Below are positions 1 to 10,754 of a stretch of 19,156 nt of DNA, piece after piece (within the stretch, counting starts at the first letter, position 1; each line of letters begins with the position of its first letter). Source of the DNA: Octopus sinensis. Taxonomy: Eukaryota. The notes beneath the pieces are model-generated. The model was given only the letters and a program-made list of their open reading frames with translations. It was not told the DNA's origin and searched no databases. The DNA is taken from positions 1 through 19,156 of the forward strand of contig NW_021824494.1 in NCBI RefSeq assembly GCF_006345805.1. Direction: 5' to 3'. The position numbers were made by a program, and so were the translations under genes.

Positions 1-82
1 ATAGATAGATAGATAGATAGATAGATAGATGAGAGAAAGAGAGAGAGAAAAAAGAAAGACAGACAGACAGATAGGTAGATAG
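1..82. repeat. Compound microsatellite (ATAG)n/(AG)n/(AGAC)n
   Basis: Directly visible tandem tetra- and dinucleotide repeats. Confidence 0.95.
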
Positions 83-127
83 ATATTTGTTAAAAACGGA
101 TAAATTTATTTATTTCTCTATTTCTTT

Positions 128-275
128 ATTTCTTTATTGCCCACTGGGGACTAAACATAGAGGGGACAAACAAGGACAGACAAAGGGTTTCAGTCGATTA
201 CATCGACCTCAGTGCGTAACTGGTACTTATTTAATCGACCCCGAAAGGATGAAAAACAAAGTCGACCTCGGAGGA
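128..275 (-). mobile_element. SINE family B, 5'-truncated copy (tRNA head absent)
   Basis: Matches the copies at 7815-8296, 10536-10751 and 14058-14473 (ctaaacatagaggggacaaacaaggacagac...cagtgcgtaactggtacttatttaatcgaccccgaaaggatg...gtcgacctcgg). Confidence 0.88.
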
Positions 276-486
276 GGCCACAGCTACCTAGACACCTAGA
301 ACACAAGAAACTGGTCAAATATCGTAAGGCATATAACGCAATATTTCTCAACTAATTTTTATTCACATAGACTCTTTTGATTCCTCTTTTACTCCGATGG
401 ACCCTTATAACCATTCCATGTTTAAAAAATCTTATTATGTTTTTATAATTAAATATAATTATGAAATATTTTGTGTAATGCAAGAA

Positions 487-649
487 GGTGCAGGCGTGGG
501 TGTGTGGTAAGAAGCTTGCTTCCCAACCACATGGTTCCGGGTTCAGTCCCACTGCGTGGCATCTTGGGCAAGTGTCTTCCGCTATAGCCTCGGACTGACC
601 AAAGCCTTGTGGGTGAATTTGGTTGATGGAAACTGACAGAAGCCTGTCG

Positions 650-687
<38 letters not shown>

Positions 688-902
688 GTGTGTGTGTGTG
701 TGTGTGTCTGTGTCTGTGTTTGCTCTCCATCATCTCTTGACAATCGATGTTGATGTGTTTACGTCCCCGTAACTTAGCGGTACGACAAAAGTCCCAGACT
801 TACAAAGAATAAGTCCTGCGGGTGGAAGGCGATTTGTTCAACTAAAGGCGGTGCTCCAGCATGGCCGCAGTCCAAAATCACTGAAACAACTAAAAGAAAG
901 AG
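487..902 (+). mobile_element. SINE family A (tRNA-derived, CORE-like central domain, internal (AT)/(GT) microsatellite)
   Basis: Head ggtgcaggcgtgggtgtgtggtaag with B-box-like GGTTCAGTCCC; gtggcatcttgggcaagtgtctt resembles the CORE/MIR motif gtgaccttgggcaagtcactt; four paralogs in the window. Confidence 0.9.
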
Positions 903-1519
903 AACGAAAGAATTGCAGACGTATAAATCAATTTATCGCACATAAATTTTTAACAACAAAATCCTATATAAGCACCACCACCACCCCTAGCGCCATGTAA
1001 ACCATTCAGCGCAAAATGGACACCCTAGGGCCAGACCTCGATGGGTCATACGAACTCCGGTTGAGAACTGCAGGTTTAGTGCAACGCTCTACTGCTATCT
1101 GTGTCAGAGACATTCTCTAACTGCGTCGGTACATATTATTATTTCATTGTATTTTAGTCTAGTTAATACCAAAGAGGTTTCTTTTGAAAATCACGTTTAA
1201 AAAGCAAATAGCATTTGTTTTCTATACTGACTTTGTTTGTATTGTTATTGTTTCTGATAGCCATTGGCTTCTTGACAAACTACGTCTGATGTCTGATTTG
1301 GTTTGATTTGGTTTGATTTGATTTTTTGCTTAAACAAGTCTTGATTAATTATTTCATAACTGACTGTTGTTGTTATTTTTTTTTTGTTGTTTTTTTTGGT
1401 TTTTTGTTGTTAGTTAGTTTGTTTTTTTTTTGCTTTCTTGTCGTGTAAATAGAAATCGTCCATTTGGCAACCAACACAAATATTCTCATTAACGGACATT
1501 TGCTTAGGTCGATGCACAC

Positions 1520-1750
1520 AAAAAACAACAACAACAACAGCAGCAGCAGTACTAACTACTGTAGCAACAACAACAACATCAATAACGACGATGTCAGCAA
1601 TAGCAGTAACAACAGCAACAGCAAAAAACAACAATAACAACAAAAACAACAGCAGCAACAACAAAAGCGACAACATAAACGACATCAGACACAACCACCA
1701 CCAACAACAACAACAACATAGACGAAGAAAACAACAAAAAAAAGCAAAAA
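1520..1750. repeat. (CAA/CAG)n-rich low-complexity tract
   Basis: Degenerate trinucleotide runs; explains the overlapping low-complexity ORFs. Confidence 0.85.
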
Positions 1751-1909
1751 ACAACGCACTGGTAAAACAAATAACAGTAATATTCTGATCTCCCCGACCC
1801 CTGCCTTATATCTTTCATCCTCTCCGTCTCCCCAGTCCCGACTAAACACATTTTCTACGTTTCAAGGCTTTTATCTATTTATTTAGCTAGTGACCACCCA
1901 GCTTGAGCA

Positions 1910-1986
1910 TACACACACACGCGCGCACATACGAACACAAACATATATGCATATAAATACATGCAGATATATAGCTATATATATAC

Positions 1987-2045
<59 letters not shown>

Positions 2046-2181
2046 TACATAGATATATGTATGCATATATATATATATATTATATATATATAAGTATATC
2101 TAGGAATCTTTCTATATCTCACTCTTTCTATCTCTCTCTCTATACACACAACACACACACACACACACCATACATATAATA

Positions 2182-2219
<38 letters not shown>

Positions 2220-2230
2220 TTATATAGTAT
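1910..2230. repeat. (AC)n/(AT)n compound microsatellite
   Basis: Long (AT)n at ~1988-2040 plus flanking AC/AT/CT runs. Confidence 0.92.
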
Positions 2231-2409
2231 TTAATTTTATAAATATAATAATAAAATTATAATAAGGGCAACTACCGAGTGATACCACATGCTAGAAGAA
2301 GACGCCAAATGGCTCTAAACCGGCTTTATTTAATCACATAGACACGAGATGAAAGTAAGAGAATAACACACAAAAAATATTTTTTGAATAGTTTAGCCAT
2401 AGACCGATT

Positions 2410-3069
2410 TCTGGTTTTAATGATGTGGTGTCCCGAGAGCAGCTGATTTCCACAACATAATATATCTTTTCCCAATGGTCCTGCACATCATTTTCGAACC
2501 GGTTTTGTTTAAACTTGATGGCTGTTTTAATTTTTAATTTCTACCAATGTTCTTATGATCCATCGGCTTCAATATGGTCAACTGCGTCTGTAGGTGTTTT
2601 CTTCATTGTTATCGTCTTTTCCGTAGGCTTTTCTATCCACGGGCAAACCTAATCTGTTTTCCCTTTTTACATTGACATTTCTGTGATACACGATCCCTAT
2701 TGATCGGCCCCACTTTTTTTTTTTTTTTTTTACGATCCGTTTTGATCGGAATTCGCCCCCCCCCCACACTTTTTTTTCCTTCTTCCCATAAAGAAAAGCT
2801 CTATTTTGTATTTTGTCCTTTCTGTGTTCAGCTCTGCGTGGCGAATAAAGAGATCTATCCCATTCCGGACTGTTCTGCCCACCACGACATGCTGCATGGG
2901 AAGATAATATCCGGAAGACATTCACACACAGTTAACAATAATGTGGTTGGTGTCATAGTCTTGGTCTTGAACAGCCCACATTTGTTGCCTGCCAACGCTG
3001 TAGGTACTTGGTGGAGCTCCCTTATTCTTGAACCGTATGAATGTGACCTTCGAAGTGAGATGTTATAAA
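2410..3069 (-). mobile_element. Decayed non-LTR retrotransposon fragment (R4/Dong-like), C-terminal knuckle and endonuclease region, carrying a ~230 bp insertion
   Basis: Manual minus-strand translation gives ITSHFEGHIHTVQE*..STKYL, MSSGYYLPMQHVVVGRTV and EHW*KLKIKTAIKFKQNR...YVVEISCSRD. These are collinear with TSNFEGYAFAIQEQELSTKYL, MSSWYYLPMRHDVVARTL and EYWWNVPVKTSIKCKHDR...TIVETSCPAD in the + copy at 11900-12400. Confidence 0.8.
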
Positions 3070-3650
3070 CTTACGGGATGAAATACAAGACCCGCTAAAA
3101 TGCGAAGGGATTCAGGAGAGTCAATGACCATCCAAAATAGTCAAGGGTAGATAGTGTTCACCAGTCGTAGCGAGGACAATTCATTAAGGAGAAAGAAATC
3201 TTTGAAATAAAAACTGTTCAGTGAGTTCTCGCAACCACCTCATACTATCTTGCACAGACAAAATAATGACATGAAAACATTATAGTTTCGTCTACAGGCT
3301 ACTGATAAGATAAAATATGATATAATCTTATACAATAAAACGCAAAATGTGACCAATCGGTCTCGCTGTAGGGAAAGAAGCATAAAACAACAGACGCAGT
3401 GGGAGTGTGTTGTAGTGAGAGATTCTAAAGCAGGCGACACCATTTAAAGGCTTTGCTCCGTATCTGATCCTCCAAGTGCTTCAATTCTGTGTATGGACAT
3501 ATATTTACTAGATTGCTGACATTTATTAATGGTCTTTCCCCCATTGTGTTGATGCGCCATTTTCTATCATTAATAAAACTGTCGGCATTTTTGACGACAC
3601 GGCCATGGTAGTATAATATAATATAAAATGATATAAAATAATATAATATA

Positions 3651-4200
3651 GGCGCAGTAGTAGCTGTGTGGTAAGTAGATTGCTTACCAACCACATGGTT
3701 CCGGGTTCAGTCGTACTGCGCGGCACCTTGGGCAAGTGTCTTCTACTATGGCCTCGGGCCGACCAAAGCCTTCTGAGCGGATTTGGTAGACGGAAACTGA
3801 AAGAAACCCCTCGTGTATATTTATGTATATGTATTGTGGTATATATATATATATATATATATATTAATATATATATATATATATATAATTACATATCATA
3901 TACCATATATATATATATATAACATATATATATATATATTATATAATATCTATAGATATATATTATATATATATATATATATGTAGTATGTATTGTTTGT
4001 GTGTCAGTGTTTGTCCCCTCCCCAACATCTCTTGACAACCGATGGTGGTGTTATTTACGTCCCATCACTTAGCGGTTCGGCAAGAGAGACCGATAGAATA
4101 AGTACTAGGCTTACAAAGAATAAGTCCTGGGGTCGATTTGCTCGACTAAAGGCGGTGCTCCTGCATGGCCGCAGGCAAATGACTGAAACAAATAAAGGAA
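3651..4200 (+). mobile_element. SINE family A, full length, with expanded internal (AT)n
   Basis: ggcgcagtagtagctgtgtggtaag head, GGTTCAGTC B-box-like motif, CORE-like motif, 3' part ending ggcggtgctcctgcatggccgcaggcaaatgactgaaac. Confidence 0.92.
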
Positions 4201-4905
4201 AAAATAATAATAATAATATATATATATATATATACGCACATGTTTTGTACGCGCGTAATTTATTTTTGCATATACAAGTGCAGAATTATCCCTACATTTA
4301 CTTCAGCCATCTTCTATTTGTTTTCCTAATATATATTTTTTTCAATCCTACATCCTGCTATTTCCATAGCGATTTCATATCGAAGATGGCCACCAGATAA
4401 CATAACCATCACTTCTCAATTCTATAACGCACAAACAACGTGTGCAAACTTTGTCAGTGGGAGACGATAATAAAATAAAAGATTATTTTAAAACTCAGCG
4501 TTAATACTTTCTCTCGGCCATATACAATCGATAGCACAAAAACAAAAACAAACAGCAACAACAGCCACTACAAGAAAGATACGACGGTGATATTTTCATC
4601 TAGTGTTGTAGCATAAATATGGCGCTCACTATAGCAACAACGTCTCGCTTGTCTGTTAATTGCTCCATCTCACGGCTGCAGTTTTATTACCAGACTGTAG
4701 GATTTTTTTGTGCGTAGAAGTTATTTTGAAACAAAGAAATATAGCGAATAAGATCTAATCAATCACAGTATATTTTACCTCCCAAAACAAAAACTTTTAG
4801 AGTCTGATTCAGTATATTCAGCATATTCAGCAGAAGTGGATTTGTCAGGCATTTGTCGACTTAGCGAATATGGCTGGGGATTAGATTGCGTTAGATACCG
4901 ATAAG

Positions 4906-5536
4906 CGTGTGTATGTATTTTGTGTGCGTGTGTGTGTGTGTATGTGTTGTGTGTGTGTGTGTGTGTGTGTTCGTGTAGGTATGTTCGTGTATTTGTGTGT
5001 GTGTGCATGTGTATGTGTGTGTGTGTGTGCATGTGTATGTGTTTGTGTAGGTATGTTCGTGTATTTGTGTGCGTGTGTGTGTGTGTGTGTTCGTGTACGT
5101 ATGTTCGTGTATTTGTGTGTATGTGAGTTTGTGTGTGTGTGTGTGCGGTGTGTTGTGTGTGCGTCGTGTGTATGTGTGTGTGTAGGTAGTTTCGTGTATT
5201 TGTGTGTATGTGAGTTGGTGTGTGTGTGGGTGGTGGCGTGTGTGTGTGCATGTGTATGGTGTTTGTGTAGGTATGTTCGTGTATTTGTGTGTGTGTGAGT
5301 TTTGTGTGTGTGTGTGCGTGTGTGTGTGCGTGTGTATGTGTTTGTGTAGGTATGTTCGTGTATTTGTGTGTGTGTGAGTTTGTGTGTGTGTGTGCGTGTG
5401 TGTGTGTGCGTGTGTATGTGTTTGTGTAGGTATGTTCGTGTATTTGTGTGTATGTGAGTTTGTGTGTGTGTGTGTGCGTGTGTGTGTGCGTGTGTATGTG
5501 TTTGTGTAGGTATGTTCGTGTATTTGTGTGTGTGTG

Positions 5537-5570
<34 letters not shown>

Positions 5571-5764
5571 CGTGTACGTATGTTCGTGTATTTGTGTGTA
5601 TGTGAGTTTGTGTTTGTGTGTGTGTGTGTGTGTGTGTATGTGTGGGTGTGTTTCGTGTACGTATGTTCGTGTATTTGTGTGTGTGTGAGTTTGTGTGTGT
5701 GTGTGTGCGTGTGTGTATGTGTGTGTGTTCGTGTACGTATGTTCGTGTATTTGTGTGTGTGTGA

Positions 5765-5799
<35 letters not shown>

Positions 5800-5950
5800 T
5801 GTTGTGTCGTGTAGGTATGTTCGTGTATTTGTGTGTGTGTGAGTTTGTGTGTGTGTTCGTGTACGTATGTTCGTGTATTTGTGTGTGTGTGTGTGTGTGG
5901 TGTGTGCGTGTGTGTGTGTGTGTGTGTTCGTGTACGTATGTTCGTGTATT

Positions 5951-5981
<31 letters not shown>

Positions 5982-6498
5982 GTGTTTGTGTGTGTGCTTG
6001 TGTGTGTGTGTGTGTCGTGTAGGTATGTTCGTGTATTTGTGTGTTTGTGAGTTTGTGTTTGTGTGTGGCGTGTGGTGTGTGCGTGTATGTGTTTGTGTAG
6101 GTATGTTCGTGTATTTGTGTGTATGTGAGTTTGTGTTTGTGTGTGTGCGTGTGTGTGTGTGTGTGTATGTGTTTGTGTACGTATGTTCGTGTATTTGTGT
6201 GTTTGTGAGTTTGTGTTTGTGTGTGTGCGTGTGTGTGTGTGTGTGTATGTGTTCGTGTACGTATGTTCGTGTATTTGTGTGTATGTGAGTTTGTGTGTGT
6301 GTGTGTGCGTGTGTGTGTGTGTGTGTTCGTGTAGGTATGTTCGTGTATTTGTGTGTATGTGAGTTTGTGTGTGTGTGTGTGCGTGTGTGTGTGTGTGTGT
6401 TCGTGTAGGTATGTTCGTGTATTTGTGTGTGTGTGAGTTTGTGTGTGTGTGTGTGTGTGTATGTGTGTGTGTAGGTATGTTCGTGTATTTGTGTGTAT

Positions 6499-6541
<43 letters not shown>

Positions 6542-6575
6542 CGTGTAGGTATGTTCGTGTATTTGTGTGTGTGTG

Positions 6576-6606
<31 letters not shown>

Positions 6607-7115
6607 TCGTGTAGGTATGTTCGTGTATTTGTGTGTGTGTGAGTTTGTGTTTGTGTGTATGTGTGTGTGTGGCATGTGTGTGTGTTGGTGTAGGTATGTT
6701 CGTGTATTTGGTGTATGTGAGTTTGTGTGTGTGTGTGTGTGCGTGTGTGTGTGTGTGTTCGTGTAGGTATGTTCGTGTATTTGTGTGTATGTGAGTTTGT
6801 GTGTGTGCGTGTGTGTGTGTGTGTGTATGTGTTTGTGTAGTATGTTCGTGTATTTGTGTGTGTGTGAGTTTGTGTGTGTGTGTGCGTGTGTGTGTGTGTG
6901 TGTTCGTGTACGTATGTTCGTGTATTTGTGTGTGTGTTGTGTGTGTGTGTGTGTGTGCGTGTGTGTTTGTGTGTGTGCGTGTGTGTTTGTGTGTGTTCGT
7001 GTACGTATGTTCGTGTATTTGTGTGTGTGTGAGTTGTGTGTGTGTGTGTGTGGGTTGTGTGTGTGTGTGTGTGTGTGTGTTCGTGTACGTATGTTCGTGT
7101 ATTTGTGTGTGTGTG

Positions 7116-7153
<38 letters not shown>

Positions 7154-7356
7154 TGTGTTCGTGTACGTATGTTCGTGTATTTGTGTGTTTGTGAGTTTGT
7201 GTTTGTGTGTGTGTGTGTGTGTGTGTATACAGTGAAGGTACATTTTTGTTCCTTAACATATATATTGAGATACCTGCAAGATATCGTGTGTGTGTATGTG
7301 TATGTGTTCGTGTACGTATGTTCGTGTAATTGTGTGTGTGTGTGTGAGTTTGTGTG

Positions 7357-7402
<46 letters not shown>
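4906..7402. repeat. (GT)n-embedded minisatellite, ~30 copies of core GTTCGTGTA(C/G)GTATGTTCGTGTATTTGTGTGT..GTGAGTTT
   Basis: Core recurs every ~50-90 bp, with exact 80 bp steps at 5351/5431/5511 and 6102/6182/6262; the spacers are variable (GT)n. Confidence 0.95.
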
Positions 7403-7405
<3 letters not shown>

Positions 7406-7459
7406 AGTGACGGTACATTTATTTTATTCCTTAACCTATATATTGAGATACCTGAAAGA
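7228..7459. repeat. Two copies of a ~55 bp unique cassette (7228-7281 and 7403-7459), period 178 bp
   Basis: tacagtga(a/c)ggtacatt...ttccttaac(a/c)tatatattgagatacctg(c/a)aaga occurs twice, separated by one minisatellite monomer. Confidence 0.9.
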
Positions 7460-7527
7460 CTTTGCTGATTTTTTTTCCTCTTTGAAACCCAACTCTGCAG
7501 TTGTTATTGTTGAAATTGATGCTGCTC

Positions 7528-7680
7528 TGATGATGATGATGATGATGACTACGACCATGACGATTATGTTCACGATAGTGGTAGTGGCGATGGTGTTGGT
7601 GGTGATGCTGGTAGAGATGGTGGTGATGGCGATGACGGTAGTGATGATGATGGGGAGGTTGCTGTTGATGGTGGTGTAAC
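7528..7680. repeat. (GAT/GGT)n low-complexity tract
   Basis: Degenerate trinucleotide repeat. Confidence 0.8.
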
Positions 7681-7814
7681 GTGGATCATGCCGCTGTTTA
7701 TAATGTTGTTTCTACTATTGTTCTTGTTGTCTGATCATTAAAGACATTTCAGTTTTTAAAATCCCATCATACATTCAGATATTTTTCTTTTCTACTCTAG
7801 TCAAGCCACATTGA

Positions 7815-8296
7815 CACAAGGGGCTAAACACAGAGTGGACTAACAAGGACAGACAAACGGATTAAGTCGATTACATCGACCCCAGTGCGTAACTGGTACT
7901 TATTTAATCAACCCCCAAAAGGATGAGAGGCAAAGTTGAATTTAAACTCAGAAAGTAAAGACAGACGAAATACCTATTTCTTTACTACCCACAAGGAGCC
8001 AAACACAGAGAGGACAAACAATGACAGACAAACGGATTAAGTGGATTATATCGACATCAGTGCGTAACTGGTACTTATTTAATCGACCCACAAAAGGATG
8101 AGCGGCAAAGTTGAATTTGAACTCAGAACGTAACGGCAGACGAAATACCTACTTCTTTACTACCCACAAGGGGCCAAACACAGAGAGGACAAACAAGGAC
8201 AGACAAACGGATTAAGTGGATTATATCGACCCCAGTGCGTAACTGGTACTTATATAATCGACCCCGAAAGGAGGAAAGGCAAAGTCGACCTCGGCG
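7815..8296 (-). mobile_element. SINE family B head-to-tail trimer (~175 bp period)
   Basis: Three consecutive units; cccacaagg recurs at 7988 and 8163; junctions read gacgaaatacct-a(t/c)ttctttactacccac. Confidence 0.92.
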
Positions 8297-8422
8297 TTTG
8301 CGATGCATGTTCCTGGTGTACCCTTATCAGATGTGTAGTCATGATGGGTATACTGGGCTTTGTATATTTTACCCCAGTGTCACTTTGATGGCATACACTG
8401 TTCTCTCACTGAATAATAATAA
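8297..8422 (+). mobile_element. Probable 3' end of an interspersed retroelement, ending in (AAT)n
   Basis: Complex sequence ending ctctcactg-aataataataat. I recall a similar repeat from octopus DNA, but there is no second copy here to confirm it. Confidence 0.35.
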
Positions 8423-8430
8423 TGAAAATG

Positions 8431-8431
<1 letters not shown>

Positions 8432-8494
<63 letters not shown>

Positions 8495-8521
8495 CGTATG
8501 TGTGTGTATGTATGTATGTAT
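8432..8521. repeat. (AT)n-(GT)n-(GTAT)n microsatellite
   Basis: Directly visible. Confidence 0.92.
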
Positions 8522-8760
8522 AAGAGTTGAAGTATTTATATAATCATGATATTCTGTTGATCTGCATTGGTTTGTAAATGTAAAATTATATTGTAAACAC
8601 GAAGCATGCGTATTGATGTAGACATATAGAATAATTCATTATACACTGAAATTATCATTATATGATGATGATTGTGAAATGGCTGTCATCCTACGGATAT
8701 TAAGCGATTAAACAAATATATCCACCTCTCAAACCTCTTGACTTTTTATTGTCTACATAT

Positions 8761-9105
8761 ATAAAGGGTAAAGACACCCTTCGGTCATGAATGACCATGG
8801 GATCGCCCCTAGAAGGTTACCCTCCGAGGCACATGTCCGAGGAAGGTTGTTTATGGAAGACCAGCAGTCACCCATGCATATCAATACCCCTCTCTCCACA
8901 TCACCGATGTTATCCAAGAGAAAGGCAAAGGGGCCGATACAGCTTGGTACCAGTGACGTCGCAACTCATTTCCACAACTGAGTGAACTGGAGCAACATGA
9001 AATAAAGTGTCTTGCTCAAGAACACAACACGCAACCCGGTCCGGGAATCAAATTCACAACCTCAGGATTATGAGCCCGACGCCTCTAACCACTGAGCCTT
9101 CACGT
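8761..9105 (-). mobile_element. SINE family C (tRNA-derived), flanked by 9 bp target-site duplication TCTACATAT
   Basis: Minus strand reads GGCTCAGTGGTTAGAG (A box) ... AATTTGATTCCCGG (degenerate B box), then gtgttcttgagcaagacacttt (CORE-like). TCTACATAT lies at 8752-8760 and 9106-9114. Confidence 0.85.
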
Positions 9106-9114
9106 TCTACATAT

Positions 9115-9522
9115 TTACTCTTTTACTCTTTTACTTGCTTCAGTCATTTGACTGCGGCCATGCTGGAGCACCGCCTTTTAGACGAGCAAATCGACCCCGG
9201 GACTTATTCTTTGTAAGCCCAGTACTTATTCTATCGGTCTCTTTTGCCGAACCGCTCGGTGACGGGGACGTAAACACACCAGCATCGGTTGTCAAGCAAT
9301 GCTAGGGGTACAAACACAGACACACAAACACACACATAATATATATATATACATATATACGACAGGCTTCTATCAGTTTCCGTCTACCAAATCCACTCAC
9401 AAGGCATTGGTCGGCCCGGGGCTATAGTAGAAGACACTTGCCCAAGATGCCACTCAGTGGGACTGAACCCGGAACCATGTGGTTGGTTAGCAAGCTACTT
9501 ATCACACAGCTATTCCTGCGCC
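9115..9522 (-). mobile_element. SINE family A, full length
   Basis: Reverse complement of the 3651 and 12927 copies; head ggcgcaggaatagctgtgtg at 9522, tail (AAGAGTA)n-like at 9115-9135. Confidence 0.92.
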
Positions 9523-9790
9523 TATATATATGTGCATGTTATATTGGTCTTTTTCCATTTACTAATTTTCGTAATTATTATTATTATTGCTATTAATTTT
9601 TTTAAGCAACCGTATGGAATGCACTCATCATCGTTTAATATCGAACGCTATACTTTTCTTCGTTTTTAATATTTATTTAAATTTTTACTTAAATTGCTGA
9701 GGAAATAATGGTTATTTATTGTATGAACATATAATAAGTCCATTATGGAAACGTGTGTACAATAGTAATTTAAACACTACTTTTCAATAG

Positions 9791-9792
<2 letters not shown>

Positions 9793-9826
<34 letters not shown>

Positions 9827-9829
9827 TAA

Positions 9830-9908
<79 letters not shown>

Positions 9909-10186
9909 TAGATATAGATATACATATATATATATACATGTGTGTGTATTATAAAAAAATGTATGTATATATATATTATGAATATGTATGTATATATAAA
10001 TATATATACATACATATATATATGCATATATATACATATGTATATACATATATATACATAAATATATACATACATACATATATATGTGTGTGTTTACATA
10101 TCTATATATGTAACTATTTACATATATGTATATGTGTCTATATATATGTATGAATATAAGCGTGTGTGTGTATGTGTGTGTGTTGA
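9793..10186. repeat. (AT)n-(ATAG)n-(AT/AC/GT) compound microsatellite
   Basis: Near-perfect (ATAG)n at ~9823-9905 inside AT-rich dinucleotide runs. Confidence 0.93.
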
Positions 10187-10535
10187 ACATATAACCACAT
10201 AATTACACAACGGTACAACAAACACTGCATTATACACCTCTGAATTTACTACAATGCTGGAATGTTGTACAACACATTATCTTTTGTCTTCTCAAAAATT
10301 ATGCAAACAGTTGAATAGATCAGGAAACTGCTTGTAATTAACGGAAGCTGAAAGATGGTGTTTCTACAATACAATACAAGGCGTAGGCAGCTTTTCTTTG
10401 AATCTTGAACAATGCATTAGTCACTTAGTACACAACACTGTACACGTGTCACATAGTAGCCGTGTCACTTAGTACTTACTTCACCTATTGCATATGTCAC
10501 ATAGTACATGCCTTAATATGCAGCGTTAATTTCAA

Positions 10536-10751
10536 GGCGGCGAGCTGGCAGAAACGTTAGCACGCCGGGCGAGATGCTTTGCGGTATTTTGTCTGCCGCT
10601 AGGTTCTGAGTTCAAATTCCGCCGAGGTCGACTTTGCCTTTCATTCTTTCGGGGTCGATTAAATAAGTATCAGTTACGCACTGGGGTCGATATAATCGAC
10701 CTAATCCGTTTGTCTGTCCTTGTTTGTCCTCTCTGTGTTTAGCCCCTTGTG
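10536..10751 (+). mobile_element. SINE family B with full tRNA-like head, 3' tail missing, joined directly to LINE RT sequence
   Basis: GGCGGCGAGCTGGCAGAAACGTTAG (A-box region) and GAGTTCAAATTCC (B box). The central gtcgactttgcctttcattctttcggggtcgat resembles the Meta/MESC-type domain as I recall it (unverified). Ends at ccccttgtg, where other copies continue ggtagtaaagaaata. Confidence 0.92.
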
Positions 10752-10754
10752 TCA

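Noticed and set aside
1012-1071. Minus-strand CAGTTCTCAACC... resembling a hAT/Charlie-type MITE terminus
   Set aside because: Imperfect match, with no second terminus or TSD found.
1410-2179. Gln/Asn-, Cys/Val- and Tyr/Ile-rich ORFs
   Set aside because: Translations of CAA/CAG and AT microsatellites.
3240-3735. Short minus-strand ORFs including a GERP linker-like word
   Set aside because: No C2H2 spacing or other domain; the N-termini derive from SINE A.
4375-4421. Minus-strand peptide LRSDGYVIWWPSSI resembling the Cys-loop receptor SDG-V-W-P motif
   Set aside because: Only 14 codons, followed at once by a stop, with no downstream Cys-loop or other receptor exons; likely chance.
4906-7402. 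CRISPR-like appearance (constant core, variable spacers)
   Set aside because: Spacers are (GT)n rather than unique sequence, there are no cas genes, and the context is eukaryotic.
4775-7418. ORFs of 822, 845 and 594 aa (His/Thr-rich) and the opposite-strand Val/Cys ORFs
   Set aside because: (AC)n/(GT)n repeats rarely contain stop codons; several frames are open at once and the composition is purely repeat-derived.
10536-10625. tRNA gene calls at SINE heads
   Set aside because: A/B boxes are present, but each continues into a SINE body and no complete cloverleaf is evident.
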